14,690 nt of DNA from a candidate division WOR-3 bacterium (GTDB lineage: Bacteria; Hydrothermota; Hydrothermia; JBDRYB01), in NCBI GenBank assembly GCA_049969615.1, contig JBMFOM010000046.1, positions 1 through 14,690 on the forward strand, written 5' to 3'. Made by a program: the position numbers and the translations under genes. Below the pieces are notes generated by a model, which made no database searches, was not told the DNA's origin, and saw only the letters and a program-made list of their open reading frames with translations. The stretch's first letter is position 1. Every line of letters starts with the position of its first letter. This document shows, one piece after another, positions 1 to 7,053 of the stretch.

Positions 1-222
1 CAGTTGATTCAACCCCCGAGCGGGTGTGGGTAAGGGGGGAACAGGTCAGTTAGACCAGAAGGTAGAAGGATCACTATCTGGGAAGACCGGACAGATTCTG
101 AGGCAATGGTTCCAAGTCTTTATGTTTCTTATGGACCCCAGATTGAGCCTGTCTCACAATATGATTTTTTGACGCCCCTCAATTCTAAGAATGAGTCCCG
201 GAGCAGATCTTATCTGACATAG
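1..222 (+). other. Possible 3' end of a gene entering the window, with an apparent frameshift in a G run near 35-39
   Basis: Frame 3 reads VDSTPERVWVRG (3-38) and stops at 51-53. Frame 1 is open 34-222 (GGNRSVRPEGRRITIWEDRTDSEAMVPSLYVSYGPQIEPVSQYDFLTPLNSKNESRSRSYLT*). No family recognised. Confidence 0.2.
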
Positions 223-300
223 CTTCTCAATAACCCTATTCTGGGACGGGCTCAAAATGGTCTAAAAAGGGATAGCTCTGGTTTCTTTATAGCTCCTAAT

Positions 301-960
301 TTACCAGCTGAACCCCAGGCCCCAACTCAATGTGGCTATGAGGCCTCCTGTCTCTTCATCCTTGCCCAAGTAATCAAAAAGCGCCTCCAAACTGAGGGGA
401 TGTCCAGCTATCCGGGATTCCAAGCCTAGACCACCGCTGAACATCCCTATCCAGTGCACCTCTTCAATACCCGGAGGAACGGCATAGACATAGCGAAGAG
501 GCACATAGAGACTCATTGGTCCCATCACCAGACCAGGAGAGGCTCCAGCCATGAGGTGGATTATGTAGCTGGCCGTATCCGACGAGGAACCTCCGATCCT
601 GTATATGGTCCCAAAGGTATAGCCCAGCCCAGAATATACTGATACCCTTAGAATCCCCCATCTGGGCGAGGAATACTTGACCGATGGGGTAATCGTCAGG
701 GAGATTATCCGGGTCTCGCTTGAGGTGCCTGGCCTCCGTGTGAAAAAATCCGCGTTCAGGCCGGCGTCCAGGTAATCGTTAAAACCATATCTGTATGAGG
801 CCTGCCAGACCGTCCCCCAGGTAGTCAAAGTTGAGTCCATGTTGAAGAAGGAGATGCCAAGGCCAGGATGGTGGCCCCGGCCCGCTGGGTTCGGACTGTG
901 AAAGTGTTGAACACCACAACCAGCGAGCAACATCAAGAGAAAGAGAGGGATATTTCTCAT
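301..960 (-). CDS. Hypothetical outer-membrane beta-barrel-like protein with lipoprotein signal (219 aa)
   Basis: From ATG 960: MRNIPLFLLMLLAGC is a type II signal with lipobox LAGC. The body has alternating aromatic/Gly strands (ASYRYGF, DAGLNADF, VYSGLGYTF, SGGLGLE) and ends LSWGLGFSW. Start 960 is preferred over 1056 because of the signal peptide and the upstream -10 box. Confidence 0.75.
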   Translation of the reverse strand: MRNIPLFLLMLLAGCGVQHFHSPNPAGRGHHPGLGISFFNMDSTLTTWGTVWQASYRYGFNDYLDAGLNADFFTRRPGTSSETRIISLTITPSVKYSSPRWGILRVSVYSGLGYTFGTIYRIGGSSSDTASYIIHLMAGASPGLVMGPMSLYVPLRYVYAVPPGIEEVHWIGMFSGGLGLESRIAGHPLSLEALFDYLGKDEETGGLIATLSWGLGFSW

Positions 961-966
961 TGGTAA

Positions 967-996
967 ATTATGACGCGCGGGCATGGATTTTCTTAA
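967..996 (-). promoter_or_regulatory. Sigma70-like promoter, probably leaderless
   Basis: TTAAGA (996-991), 18 nt, CATAAT (972-967), 6 nt, ATG 960. Confidence 0.5.
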
Positions 997-1365
997 GGCG
1001 ATCTCTGATAAAGTCCCTATTAGATACCCTTTCTCGTTTGCTTCTTTTGAGCTCATGTCTATCCTCCTTTTTTCTCCTTCACGGGCATAGCCTAAAGCCC
1101 CCTATCAAGCTCTTTCAACCTTCTGGTTCAACCATCAGCCTCCGATCCACAAGCTTGTGGCCAGGGGAGCTATCGCCTTCGGTTGCAAACGAGCGGTAAA
1201 GCTCTTACATGCATAGGGGTGGGACATGGGCGTGATCTATCAAATGAAGGCAAAAAACAGGCCTCAGACCCTATTCCAGAGTCAAATGAGGGTTAGCCGG
1301 GCCTAAAAACAAGCCAGGAGTGGAACCAGAGGGAGCTTTAGGGTGGGTTTATCAGGGGGTTTCTA
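997..1365 (+). mobile_element. Possible internally deleted IS5/IS1182-like remnant (MITE-like)
   Basis: Imperfect inverted ends GCGATCTCTGATAAA (998-1012) and TTTATCAGGGGGTTTCTA (1348-1365). Internal peptide IHKLVARGAIAFGCKRAVKLLHA* (1145-1216) resembles the 'AIAxNLKRxVKLL'-type C-terminus of such transposases. Confidence 0.35.
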
Positions 1366-1431
1366 AAGAATCTAGTGAACCCAGACCCGGCCCTCCGTGA
1401 TAAAAGGGGCAAGGTAAATGCTTTGACAAAA

Positions 1432-1530
1432 CGTATTGCCTGACGGATCAAAAGGTGGCCCGTTTTTGCGCGGCCAGAAATAAAAATAACTACGGGGTTT
1501 TTATGCGTTCCCTAACTCACGGGCAATACG
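1432..1530. repeat. 99-bp segment bounded by inverted repeats, with an internal hairpin
   Basis: CGTATTGCCTG (1432-1442) pairs with CGGGCAATACG (1520-1530), 10/11. Internal TGGCC...GGCCA stem at 1456-1476. Confidence 0.5.
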
Positions 1531-1557
1531 GGTATGAAGCGACACACAAGCGAGCCA

Positions 1558-2010
1558 TCAGACCGAAAGCCCTCTGAGGAATTCTCTGAGCCTTTCCTCA
1601 TCCTCTGAGAAAAGCATATCAAGGCCTGGATATGGTGGCATAAAACCGAGGATGGGAACACCCTCCCTCATGGCCCAAGCAACCTCCGTGAGGGTCCCCG
1701 GACTCATTCCAACGGCTATGACGCCACTGGATATATTGACGAGCAGAAAATTACGTATGTAGCCAAGGCCTGTGGCGAGGACTATGTGGGCGTGGCGGTT
1801 GGCCCGGCCGGGATCCCTTCCGGGCAGGACGGCTATAACGGTTCCACCAGCTTCTCTGGCGCCGCGGGACGCGTGATACATAGCACCACCCATTCCCCCT
1901 GTGGCCAAAATAAATCCCGCCTCTGCAACTGCCCGGCCAGCGAGAAATGCCCTGAGCTTGGCGTCGTTGTCGGGCCTGGATGGCCCAACCACTGCTATTA
2001 TCCTCTTCAT
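1558..2010 (-). CDS. TIGR00725-family / LOG-like Rossmann-fold nucleotide-binding protein (150 aa)
   Basis: Motifs IAVVG, TGGMGGAM, ATGLGYIRN and GMSPGTLTEVAWA. Start overlaps the upstream stop (ATGA, 2007-2010). Confidence 0.85.
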   Translation of the reverse strand: MKRIIAVVGPSRPDNDAKLRAFLAGRAVAEAGFILATGGMGGAMYHASRGAREAGGTVIAVLPGRDPGRANRHAHIVLATGLGYIRNFLLVNISSGVIAVGMSPGTLTEVAWAMREGVPILGFMPPYPGLDMLFSEDEERLREFLRGLSV

Positions 2011-2624
2011 CTCAATTCAACCATGAAAAGCCTAAACCTACTATCAGGCCCCTCAAAACCAGGTTCAAGATGCCCAAGAATGAGGGCGAATTTGCCCTTA
2101 TATGAATAGGCATCCTCAAGCCACCAGGAAAACCCATTTCCCTCAAGGGGAAGCGAGAAAACTTCGTTTCCCCTCCAGGTTCCCCTAACAACTCCGCCGG
2201 GCCAGCCATAGGAGTCCTTGTTGATCTCCTCGCAATGGGTTTCCACTATGTAAAGCATCTCATCGCCAAATGAATATTTTCTCAGCGTTCCGGGACAGCT
2301 GTCACAACAAAGTCTCATGGTATCGGTCATCTTCACTTTCAGCCTTTTGCCCAGCCTATCTCCAGGAATCCCCTCGGCCCGTGCGGTTTCTCTTGCGCGT
2401 GTGAGAAGCCAATTCGGGCTTCTTTCCTCCTCATAACAAAAGTATTCGTAGAAATACCTGTTAGTCCCGTGTGGCCCGGTTATCTCAAGGTATACGAACG
2501 GGAACCCACTGCCATCGTGAATCCCGTGTTGTAAAAAAGCGACACTGGAATCGTCATTTGACCACCCCAGAAAAATGGGAACAGAAGCATCCATGGCCAG
2601 AGCGACAAACAGGATCAGACTCAT
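2007..2624 (-). CDS. DUF2259-like predicted secreted protein (205 aa)
   Basis: Short hydrophobic N-terminus, then LGWSNDDSSVAFLQHGIHDGSGFPF and a C-terminal PGFEGPDSRF, both recalled as typical of DUF2259. ATGA overlap with tsaB. Confidence 0.7.
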   Translation of the reverse strand: MSLILFVALAMDASVPIFLGWSNDDSSVAFLQHGIHDGSGFPFVYLEITGPHGTNRYFYEYFCYEEERSPNWLLTRARETARAEGIPGDRLGKRLKVKMTDTMRLCCDSCPGTLRKYSFGDEMLYIVETHCEEINKDSYGWPGGVVRGTWRGNEVFSLPLEGNGFSWWLEDAYSYKGKFALILGHLEPGFEGPDSRFRLFMVELR

Positions 2625-3262
2625 TTTTCCTTTGCGAACGAAACGGCATCCGGTTCCCTGAGATAATCTGGCAAAAAATCCATTGTTGACAGGACCCTTC
2701 CGGACATGAGCTCATCGGCCCCCATCAGGGCGATAGTTATGGCAGAGGGCCTCTGGATTGGGATCAGGGGTTTCATGTTATACTTGATGGCGCCATCGCC
2801 GGCAAACGCGTCCACACAACGGCCGGCGGCAAACGCGACGAACTCATCTGGCTCGTATATCCCAGCAGGGGCTATTTCGGAGATATTCCCACTCACTCGG
2901 TATATCGCGCCATAGACCTGGCCCTTCTTGGCATCAATAGCACAGGCTATCACTCCTGGCCCAGCGCCTCTGGCAAGAGCCTTTAGGGTGGAGACCCCAG
3001 CAACAGGTAGGGCAAGGGTCATTGAGAGCGCCTTTGCCATGGACGCGCCGGCCCTCAAGGATGTGAAGAACCCCGGGCCAATTGAAAGGGCTATGCCATC
3101 AATCTCAGAAAGGGGGACAATCTCCTCAAGAAGCGCTAGAAGGTTGTTCATGGACTCAGCGTGTGAAAAGGGAGCCAAACAGCTGACCTCAGATAGGATA
3201 CCTCTGCCTACCAGTGCCAGATATGATGACGGGCCGGATGTTTCAATTCCAAGAACGATCAC
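2621..3262 (-). CDS. tsaB: tRNA threonylcarbamoyladenosine biosynthesis protein TsaB (YeaZ), 213 aa
   Basis: From GTG 3262: (M)IVLGIETS...SHAE...IGPGFFTSLRAG...GVSTL...IDAKKGQVY...PDYLREPDA. The ORF-track extension to 3331 runs through a terminator and is unlikely to be translated. Confidence 0.93.
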   Translation of the reverse strand: MIVLGIETSGPSSYLALVGRGILSEVSCLAPFSHAESMNNLLALLEEIVPLSEIDGIALSIGPGFFTSLRAGASMAKALSMTLALPVAGVSTLKALARGAGPGVIACAIDAKKGQVYGAIYRVSGNISEIAPAGIYEPDEFVAFAAGRCVDAFAGDGAIKYNMKPLIPIQRPSAITIALMGADELMSGRVLSTMDFLPDYLREPDAVSFAKEK

Positions 3263-3300
3263 GGGCAAATTATCCGGCAAGAGGAGGGCTGTATGCCAGC

Positions 3301-3328
3301 AAAACAAACCCCGGCCCGAAGGCCGGGG
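3301..3328 (-). terminator. Rho-independent terminator
   Basis: Minus strand CCCCGGCC-TTCG-GGCCGGGG then TTTGTTTT: 8-bp GC stem, cUUCGg loop. Confidence 0.85.
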
Positions 3329-3369
3329 CACACCTCCCTGCTCGCCATAAGGCGTGCTCTACACGAATA

Positions 3370-3459
3370 TTACAAAAATTTAATTGTGAACAAGGCCCCA
3401 CACAGCCCCCCTTCTGTCCCAGGGCAACCGAACCAAGCCTTTAGATAAATCTTTTTCAC
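3370..3459 (-). CDS. Candidate leaderless small protein, 29 aa (MKKIYLKAWFGCPGTEGGLCGALFTIKFL)
   Basis: GTG 3459 to TAA 3370, lying between a TTGACA-17-TAGAAA promoter (6 nt before the GTG) and a strong terminator. No homology recognised. Confidence 0.35.
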   Translation of the reverse strand: MKKIYLKAWFGCPGTEGGLCGALFTIKFL

Positions 3460-3465
3460 ATATAT

Positions 3466-3494
3466 TTTCTAAGCCCAAAACCCTGAACTGTCAA
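3466..3494 (-). promoter_or_regulatory. Sigma70-like promoter
   Basis: Perfect TTGACA (3494-3489), 17 nt, TAGAAA (3471-3466). Confidence 0.5.
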
Positions 3495-3505
3495 GGGCCG
3501 GAGGG

Positions 3506-3795
3506 CTGAGATCTCACACTTGGGGTCAAGGATGGACCCGTGCTCAGGAAGGTATTCCTGTATGTGAGAAACACCAGGGATTATCCTCACTCAAGCCTGG
3601 CAGGCACAACCACAGAACTATTCATCCACGAGCTAGCACCTGGCCTCAAGGGCTATGAGAACAGATATAGGGAGACCCCTGATAAAGTAGTAATAACCTA
3701 TTCGTTTGAGCCAGGAGCACCTTGTCCAAGAGAACAGGATTCTAAAAGGGACCCCTGAAAAATCCCGCCACGGAGGCATTTCATCAGGGTTTTCT
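3506..3795 (+). repeat. Dispersed decayed repeat, copy A (probable mobile-element remnant)
   Basis: 3672-3795 aligns without gaps to 12165-12288 (96/124 by hand count). 3653-3678 and 3506-3521 match the reverse complements of 7525-7550 (24/26) and 7587-7602 (15/16). Confidence 0.85.
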
Positions 3796-4875
3796 TATGG
3801 CTATAAAATACCTCCCCAACCTCCTCAGGGCCTCGGTTTCCTCCCTTTGACCCATCTTTGCCTTTTTTATTGCCCTCTCAAGCACGGCTATTGTCCTGTC
3901 ATAGAGCTCCTGGTTCACGGGATAGGGATGGCCGTCCTTTCCGCCGTGTGCGAATGAATAAACCACAGGGTCGTGAAACGACGGCCTCGCGCCATATATG
4001 ACATCCGAGAGCAGAGCAAGTGCCCTTATTGTCTTCGCGCCAACCCCTTCCCTGCCCAGCAATTCCTCAAAACCCTGGGGCGGGTTCTCATAGGCTGACA
4101 AGAGGGTCTTCCTTATATACAATGGATTAACCGATGACAAGAGAACCCTGTGCTCCCTTGGGAGATTGAGTTCTTTGATCCGGATAAGATCGCGCAGATT
4201 TTCATCCGGCGTCCTCCTAGAAAGGATAGCCGATGCTTCTCTGGCAGGCCCGGACTCGGCCGAGGTCATGTCCAACGCAAAACCAGTCCTCTCAGACGCA
4301 ATGCCAGCGTGCGGTTCCTCAACAAAACTGACCAGCCTCTCCGAGAGCCAGTGGTAGCGCCTGGCATACTTGGTTTCCTCGTTCATCCCCTGCTGGACTA
4401 CGCACCAGGAGCCGCCCGCGTCAAAGAAAAACGCGTGGTGATACAGCTGATAACCATCCTGAAGCGCGGCAGCGTCCACCTTAGCGCTCATGCGTGAGGC
4501 GTGGACGAGAGGCGCGGGATCAATTCCCAGAAAAGAGGATATATTCTCTATTTCGTTCGGCGTCTTCCGTGAGGTAGCGCCCTTGCCGCCGGCCGCGAAC
4601 AGGCCGAGCTCCCGGTCAAGGCCCCTGGACAGAGCGAGCTTCAGCGCGCCGGTCAAGGTCGTGGTCAGACCAGATGAGTGCCAGTCAAATCCAAGGAGAC
4701 AACCCAGGGACTGGAACCAGCATGGATCAGATAGCCTTCTCAGGAACTCTAGCGTGCCAAACTCGGTTACTATTGCCTCCGTGATGGCGCCGGATAGCCT
4801 GGTCATTCGGGAGAAAAGCCACCTGGGTGCTCTGCCCGGGTGCAGGGGAAGGTCAGCCTTTCCAGTTCTGGGCAT
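3784..4875 (-). CDS. DUF763 domain protein (363 aa)
   Basis: From ATG 4875: MPRTGKADLPLHPGRAPRWLF...LSDPCWFQSLGCLLGFDWHSSGLTT...AKVDAAALQDGYQLYHH...VVQQGMN...ARRYHW...SFAHGGKDGHPYPV. The ORF extension to 5367 is antisense to pstS. Confidence 0.93.
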   Translation of the reverse strand: MPRTGKADLPLHPGRAPRWLFSRMTRLSGAITEAIVTEFGTLEFLRRLSDPCWFQSLGCLLGFDWHSSGLTTTLTGALKLALSRGLDRELGLFAAGGKGATSRKTPNEIENISSFLGIDPAPLVHASRMSAKVDAAALQDGYQLYHHAFFFDAGGSWCVVQQGMNEETKYARRYHWLSERLVSFVEEPHAGIASERTGFALDMTSAESGPAREASAILSRRTPDENLRDLIRIKELNLPREHRVLLSSVNPLYIRKTLLSAYENPPQGFEELLGREGVGAKTIRALALLSDVIYGARPSFHDPVVYSFAHGGKDGHPYPVNQELYDRTIAVLERAIKKAKMGQREETEALRRLGRYFIAIRKP

Positions 4876-4882
4876 TAGGTTA

Positions 4883-4912
4883 ATTATCCAGCATGAACGG
4901 GTTCTTAGGCAA
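4883..4912 (-). promoter_or_regulatory. Sigma70-like promoter of the DUF763 gene, probably leaderless
   Basis: TTGCCT (4912-4907), 18 nt, GATAAT (4888-4883), 7 nt, ATG 4875. Confidence 0.55.
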
Positions 4913-4954
4913 CGCGAGGCCCTCGCGCGGCTGGATGTTTCTGACTGTTGCTCC

Positions 4955-5010
4955 CTTAGCATTTCCTTAACCCTTCCTTTACCCATCATTAACCGTTTGT
5001 GCCATAAACT
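4955..5010 (+). promoter_or_regulatory. Pho box (four direct repeats, 11-bp period) plus -10 element
   Basis: CTTAGCATTTC (4955), CTTAACCCTTC (4966), CTTTACCCATC (4977), ATTAACCGTTT (4988). TAAACT (5005-5010) lies 10 nt after the last TTAACC. Directly upstream of pstS. Confidence 0.8.
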
Positions 5011-5044
5011 TTTAAAGCTCACAAAAACCCTTGGAGGTTGAAGA

Positions 5045-5899
5045 ATGAAAAGGATGATAGGGACAGGAATAGCGCTGGCCCTCCTGACAGAGGCGTGCGG
5101 CGGACAGAAGGGGCCTGAATCCATGAGGATAAAAGGCTCTGACTCGGAGGTCAACCTCGTCCAGTCTTTGGCCGAGGCATACATGGCAAAGGACAAGAAC
5201 ACGCTCATAAGCGTCCAGGGCGGAGGCTCAGGCGTTGGTATAGCGGCTATAATCAACAAGGAGGTTGAGATAGCCAATTCCTCAAGGGAGATGAAGCCGG
5301 ATGAGATAGAAAAAGCCAAGGCCAATGGCGTTGATCCGGTCGGATTCATCTTCGCCATAGACGCCATCGCTATAGTCGTTCACCCGGATAACCCGCTCAA
5401 CGAGATAAGCCTTGAAAACCTTGGCAAGCTATACCGCGGCGAGATCAAAAACTGGAAGGAGATAGGTGGCCCAGACGCGGAGGTGAGTCTCTACGGGAGG
5501 CAGTCCAATTCTGGAACCTTCATCTTCTTCAGGGATGCTATCCTCAAGGGAGACTACTCCCCCAACATGAAGGCCATGAACGGAAACTCCCAGATCGTTG
5601 ATGGAGTGAAGACAGATAGGGCCGGAATCGGTTATGTCGCGCTCGGATATGTGAAACAGGGCGGTAATTTTATCCCTGGGGTGAAGGTTCTCAAGGTTGA
5701 TGGCAAGCTCCCCGGCGAGGGCGGGTATGCTATTGCCAGGCCCCTTTATCAATATCTTCAGGGCAAGCCAACCGGCAAGGTCAAGGACTTCCTGGCCTTT
5801 GAGCTCTCGGATGAGGGACAGTCCATTATAGAAAAGGGAGGTTTCCTAAAGGTTGTTGGGACGGAATACGAAAAGGTCTCAAGGGAAATTCTTAAGTAA
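5045..5899 (+). CDS. pstS: Phosphate ABC transporter substrate-binding protein PstS (probable lipoprotein, 284 aa)
   Basis: IKGSDSEVNL, QGGGSGVGIAA, IANSSR, YGRQSNSGTF, IGYVALGY, YAIARPLYQY. SD GGAGG at 5033-5037. Cys at the end of the signal peptide. Confidence 0.93.
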   Translation: MKRMIGTGIALALLTEACGGQKGPESMRIKGSDSEVNLVQSLAEAYMAKDKNTLISVQGGGSGVGIAAIINKEVEIANSSREMKPDEIEKAKANGVDPVGFIFAIDAIAIVVHPDNPLNEISLENLGKLYRGEIKNWKEIGGPDAEVSLYGRQSNSGTFIFFRDAILKGDYSPNMKAMNGNSQIVDGVKTDRAGIGYVALGYVKQGGNFIPGVKVLKVDGKLPGEGGYAIARPLYQYLQGKPTGKVKDFLAFELSDEGQSIIEKGGFLKVVGTEYEKVSREILK

Positions 5900-5911
5900 A
5901 AGGAGCTAGAG

Positions 5912-7003
5912 ATGCAGAGAATAGCACTCCTAACTATACTGTGCCTGGGTATGGCCCAGGCCGCAAGCGTGAAGGCGGGCGGCAAGATCTTCGGATATTA
6001 CAGCAATATCCTCTCAGACCCTGACACGGCTAAGGTCGGATACAATGAGTTCGGCATATCAAGGGCATATGTTGACCTCGTTGCTAACTTCTCGGAATCA
6101 GATAAGGATCAAGTGCCCCCATTCCAGACTAAGGCCAGGATAACATATGATGCAGAACCCCTCAGCGGTTTCATTAAGATAACCCCTGATCCCGCGGATA
6201 GCACCCCTCCGGCTGTTTCTATAAGCGGTGTTTATATGGGCTTCCTGAAGTTCGCTTATGGCGAACTTGGAGCGTTCAGGGGCATGCCTGGCCAGCTCTG
6301 GCTCAAGGTTGGGCAGATACCTACTCCGTGGACAGGGAACGAGGAGGATATCTGGCGTCTCAGACATGTGGCGAAGGTCATAACGGATGAGTATAAAGTG
6401 CTTAATACCGCGGACAGGGGCCTGGGCCTTGAATACAAATTCCCTTCTGGTTATGGTTCTCTTTACGCCACATACATGAACGGCGAGGGATTCAAGTCGG
6501 GCGAGGTGAACGAGTTCAAGGATATGGCTGGAAGGCTCTCGGTTTTCCCTCTCGCGGGGATGCGCAATCCGGCGCTCTCCGGTTTCGGGATACACGGCTA
6601 TTACCATAAGGGAAAACCTGGCGAGGACATGGTCAGGGACAGGACCATACTCGGAGCCTCCTATACCTTTGGCGATAAGCTCGGCCTGATGGGTTCATAT
6701 CTCATGGCAGAATACGGTGCATCAGATGAACCCGCAAAATCGGGCGGCTACTCGGCTTGGGCCTGGTTTGACATAGGCAAGCTCGTCACAACGACCCAGT
6801 CTTTCGGCCTCTTTGGCAGATACGACAGCTTTGACCCCGATGACGAGGCTGATAACGACGCCACGAGTTTCCTTATAGCCGGTGCCTATTATAACTTCGC
6901 GAATGGCTGGCAGTTGGCGCTTGATTATCAGGGCAAAACACCGCAGAACCCTGAGTCGGACCCAACCTCCACCTTATACCTTCATCTTCTGAGCCAGTTC
7001 TGA
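5912..7003 (+). CDS. Outer-membrane porin, probably phosphate-selective (OprO/OprP-like), 363 aa
   Basis: Signal peptide (AQA-A), FGISRAY, FLKFAYGE, GQIPTPW, ADRGLG, NGEG, KDMAGRLS, FGRYDSFDPD and a C-terminal Phe. 12 nt after pstS, SD AAGGAG. Confidence 0.8.
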   Translation: MQRIALLTILCLGMAQAASVKAGGKIFGYYSNILSDPDTAKVGYNEFGISRAYVDLVANFSESDKDQVPPFQTKARITYDAEPLSGFIKITPDPADSTPPAVSISGVYMGFLKFAYGELGAFRGMPGQLWLKVGQIPTPWTGNEEDIWRLRHVAKVITDEYKVLNTADRGLGLEYKFPSGYGSLYATYMNGEGFKSGEVNEFKDMAGRLSVFPLAGMRNPALSGFGIHGYYHKGKPGEDMVRDRTILGASYTFGDKLGLMGSYLMAEYGASDEPAKSGGYSAWAWFDIGKLVTTTQSFGLFGRYDSFDPDDEADNDATSFLIAGAYYNFANGWQLALDYQGKTPQNPESDPTSTLYLHLLSQF

Positions 7004-7024
7004 GGCTTTTTCATGTCCCTCTCT

Positions 7025-7053
7025 GCCCCGGCCAGAGCCGGGGCTTTTGTTTT
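7025..7053 (+). terminator. Rho-independent terminator of the pstS-porin unit
   Basis: GCCCCGGC-CAGA-GCCGGGGC then TTTTGTTTT. Confidence 0.88.

Noticed and set aside
961..1056. Longer start of the 301-1056 ORF with an AAGGAGG SD
   Set aside because: It would bury the lipoprotein signal 32 residues in, and the SD lies in the putative IS remnant. Not fully excluded.
1432..1530. Retron msr-msd bounded by a1/a2 inverted repeats
   Set aside because: No reverse transcriptase in the window.
3263..3331. N-terminal extension of tsaB from GTG 3331
   Set aside because: It runs through a terminator, the GGGAGG is too close to the GTG, and TsaB proteins start at the 'ILGIETS' strand.
3301..3460. A known riboswitch upstream of tsaB
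   Set aside because: I recognise no conserved aptamer motif (SAM, preQ1, TPP, FMN, fluoride, T-box), and tsaB appears to have its own -10 box downstream of the terminator.
4876..5367. 164-aa N-terminal extension of the DUF763 ORF
   Set aside because: It is antisense to pstS and crosses the Pho box. Family similarity starts at Met 4875, which has its own promoter.
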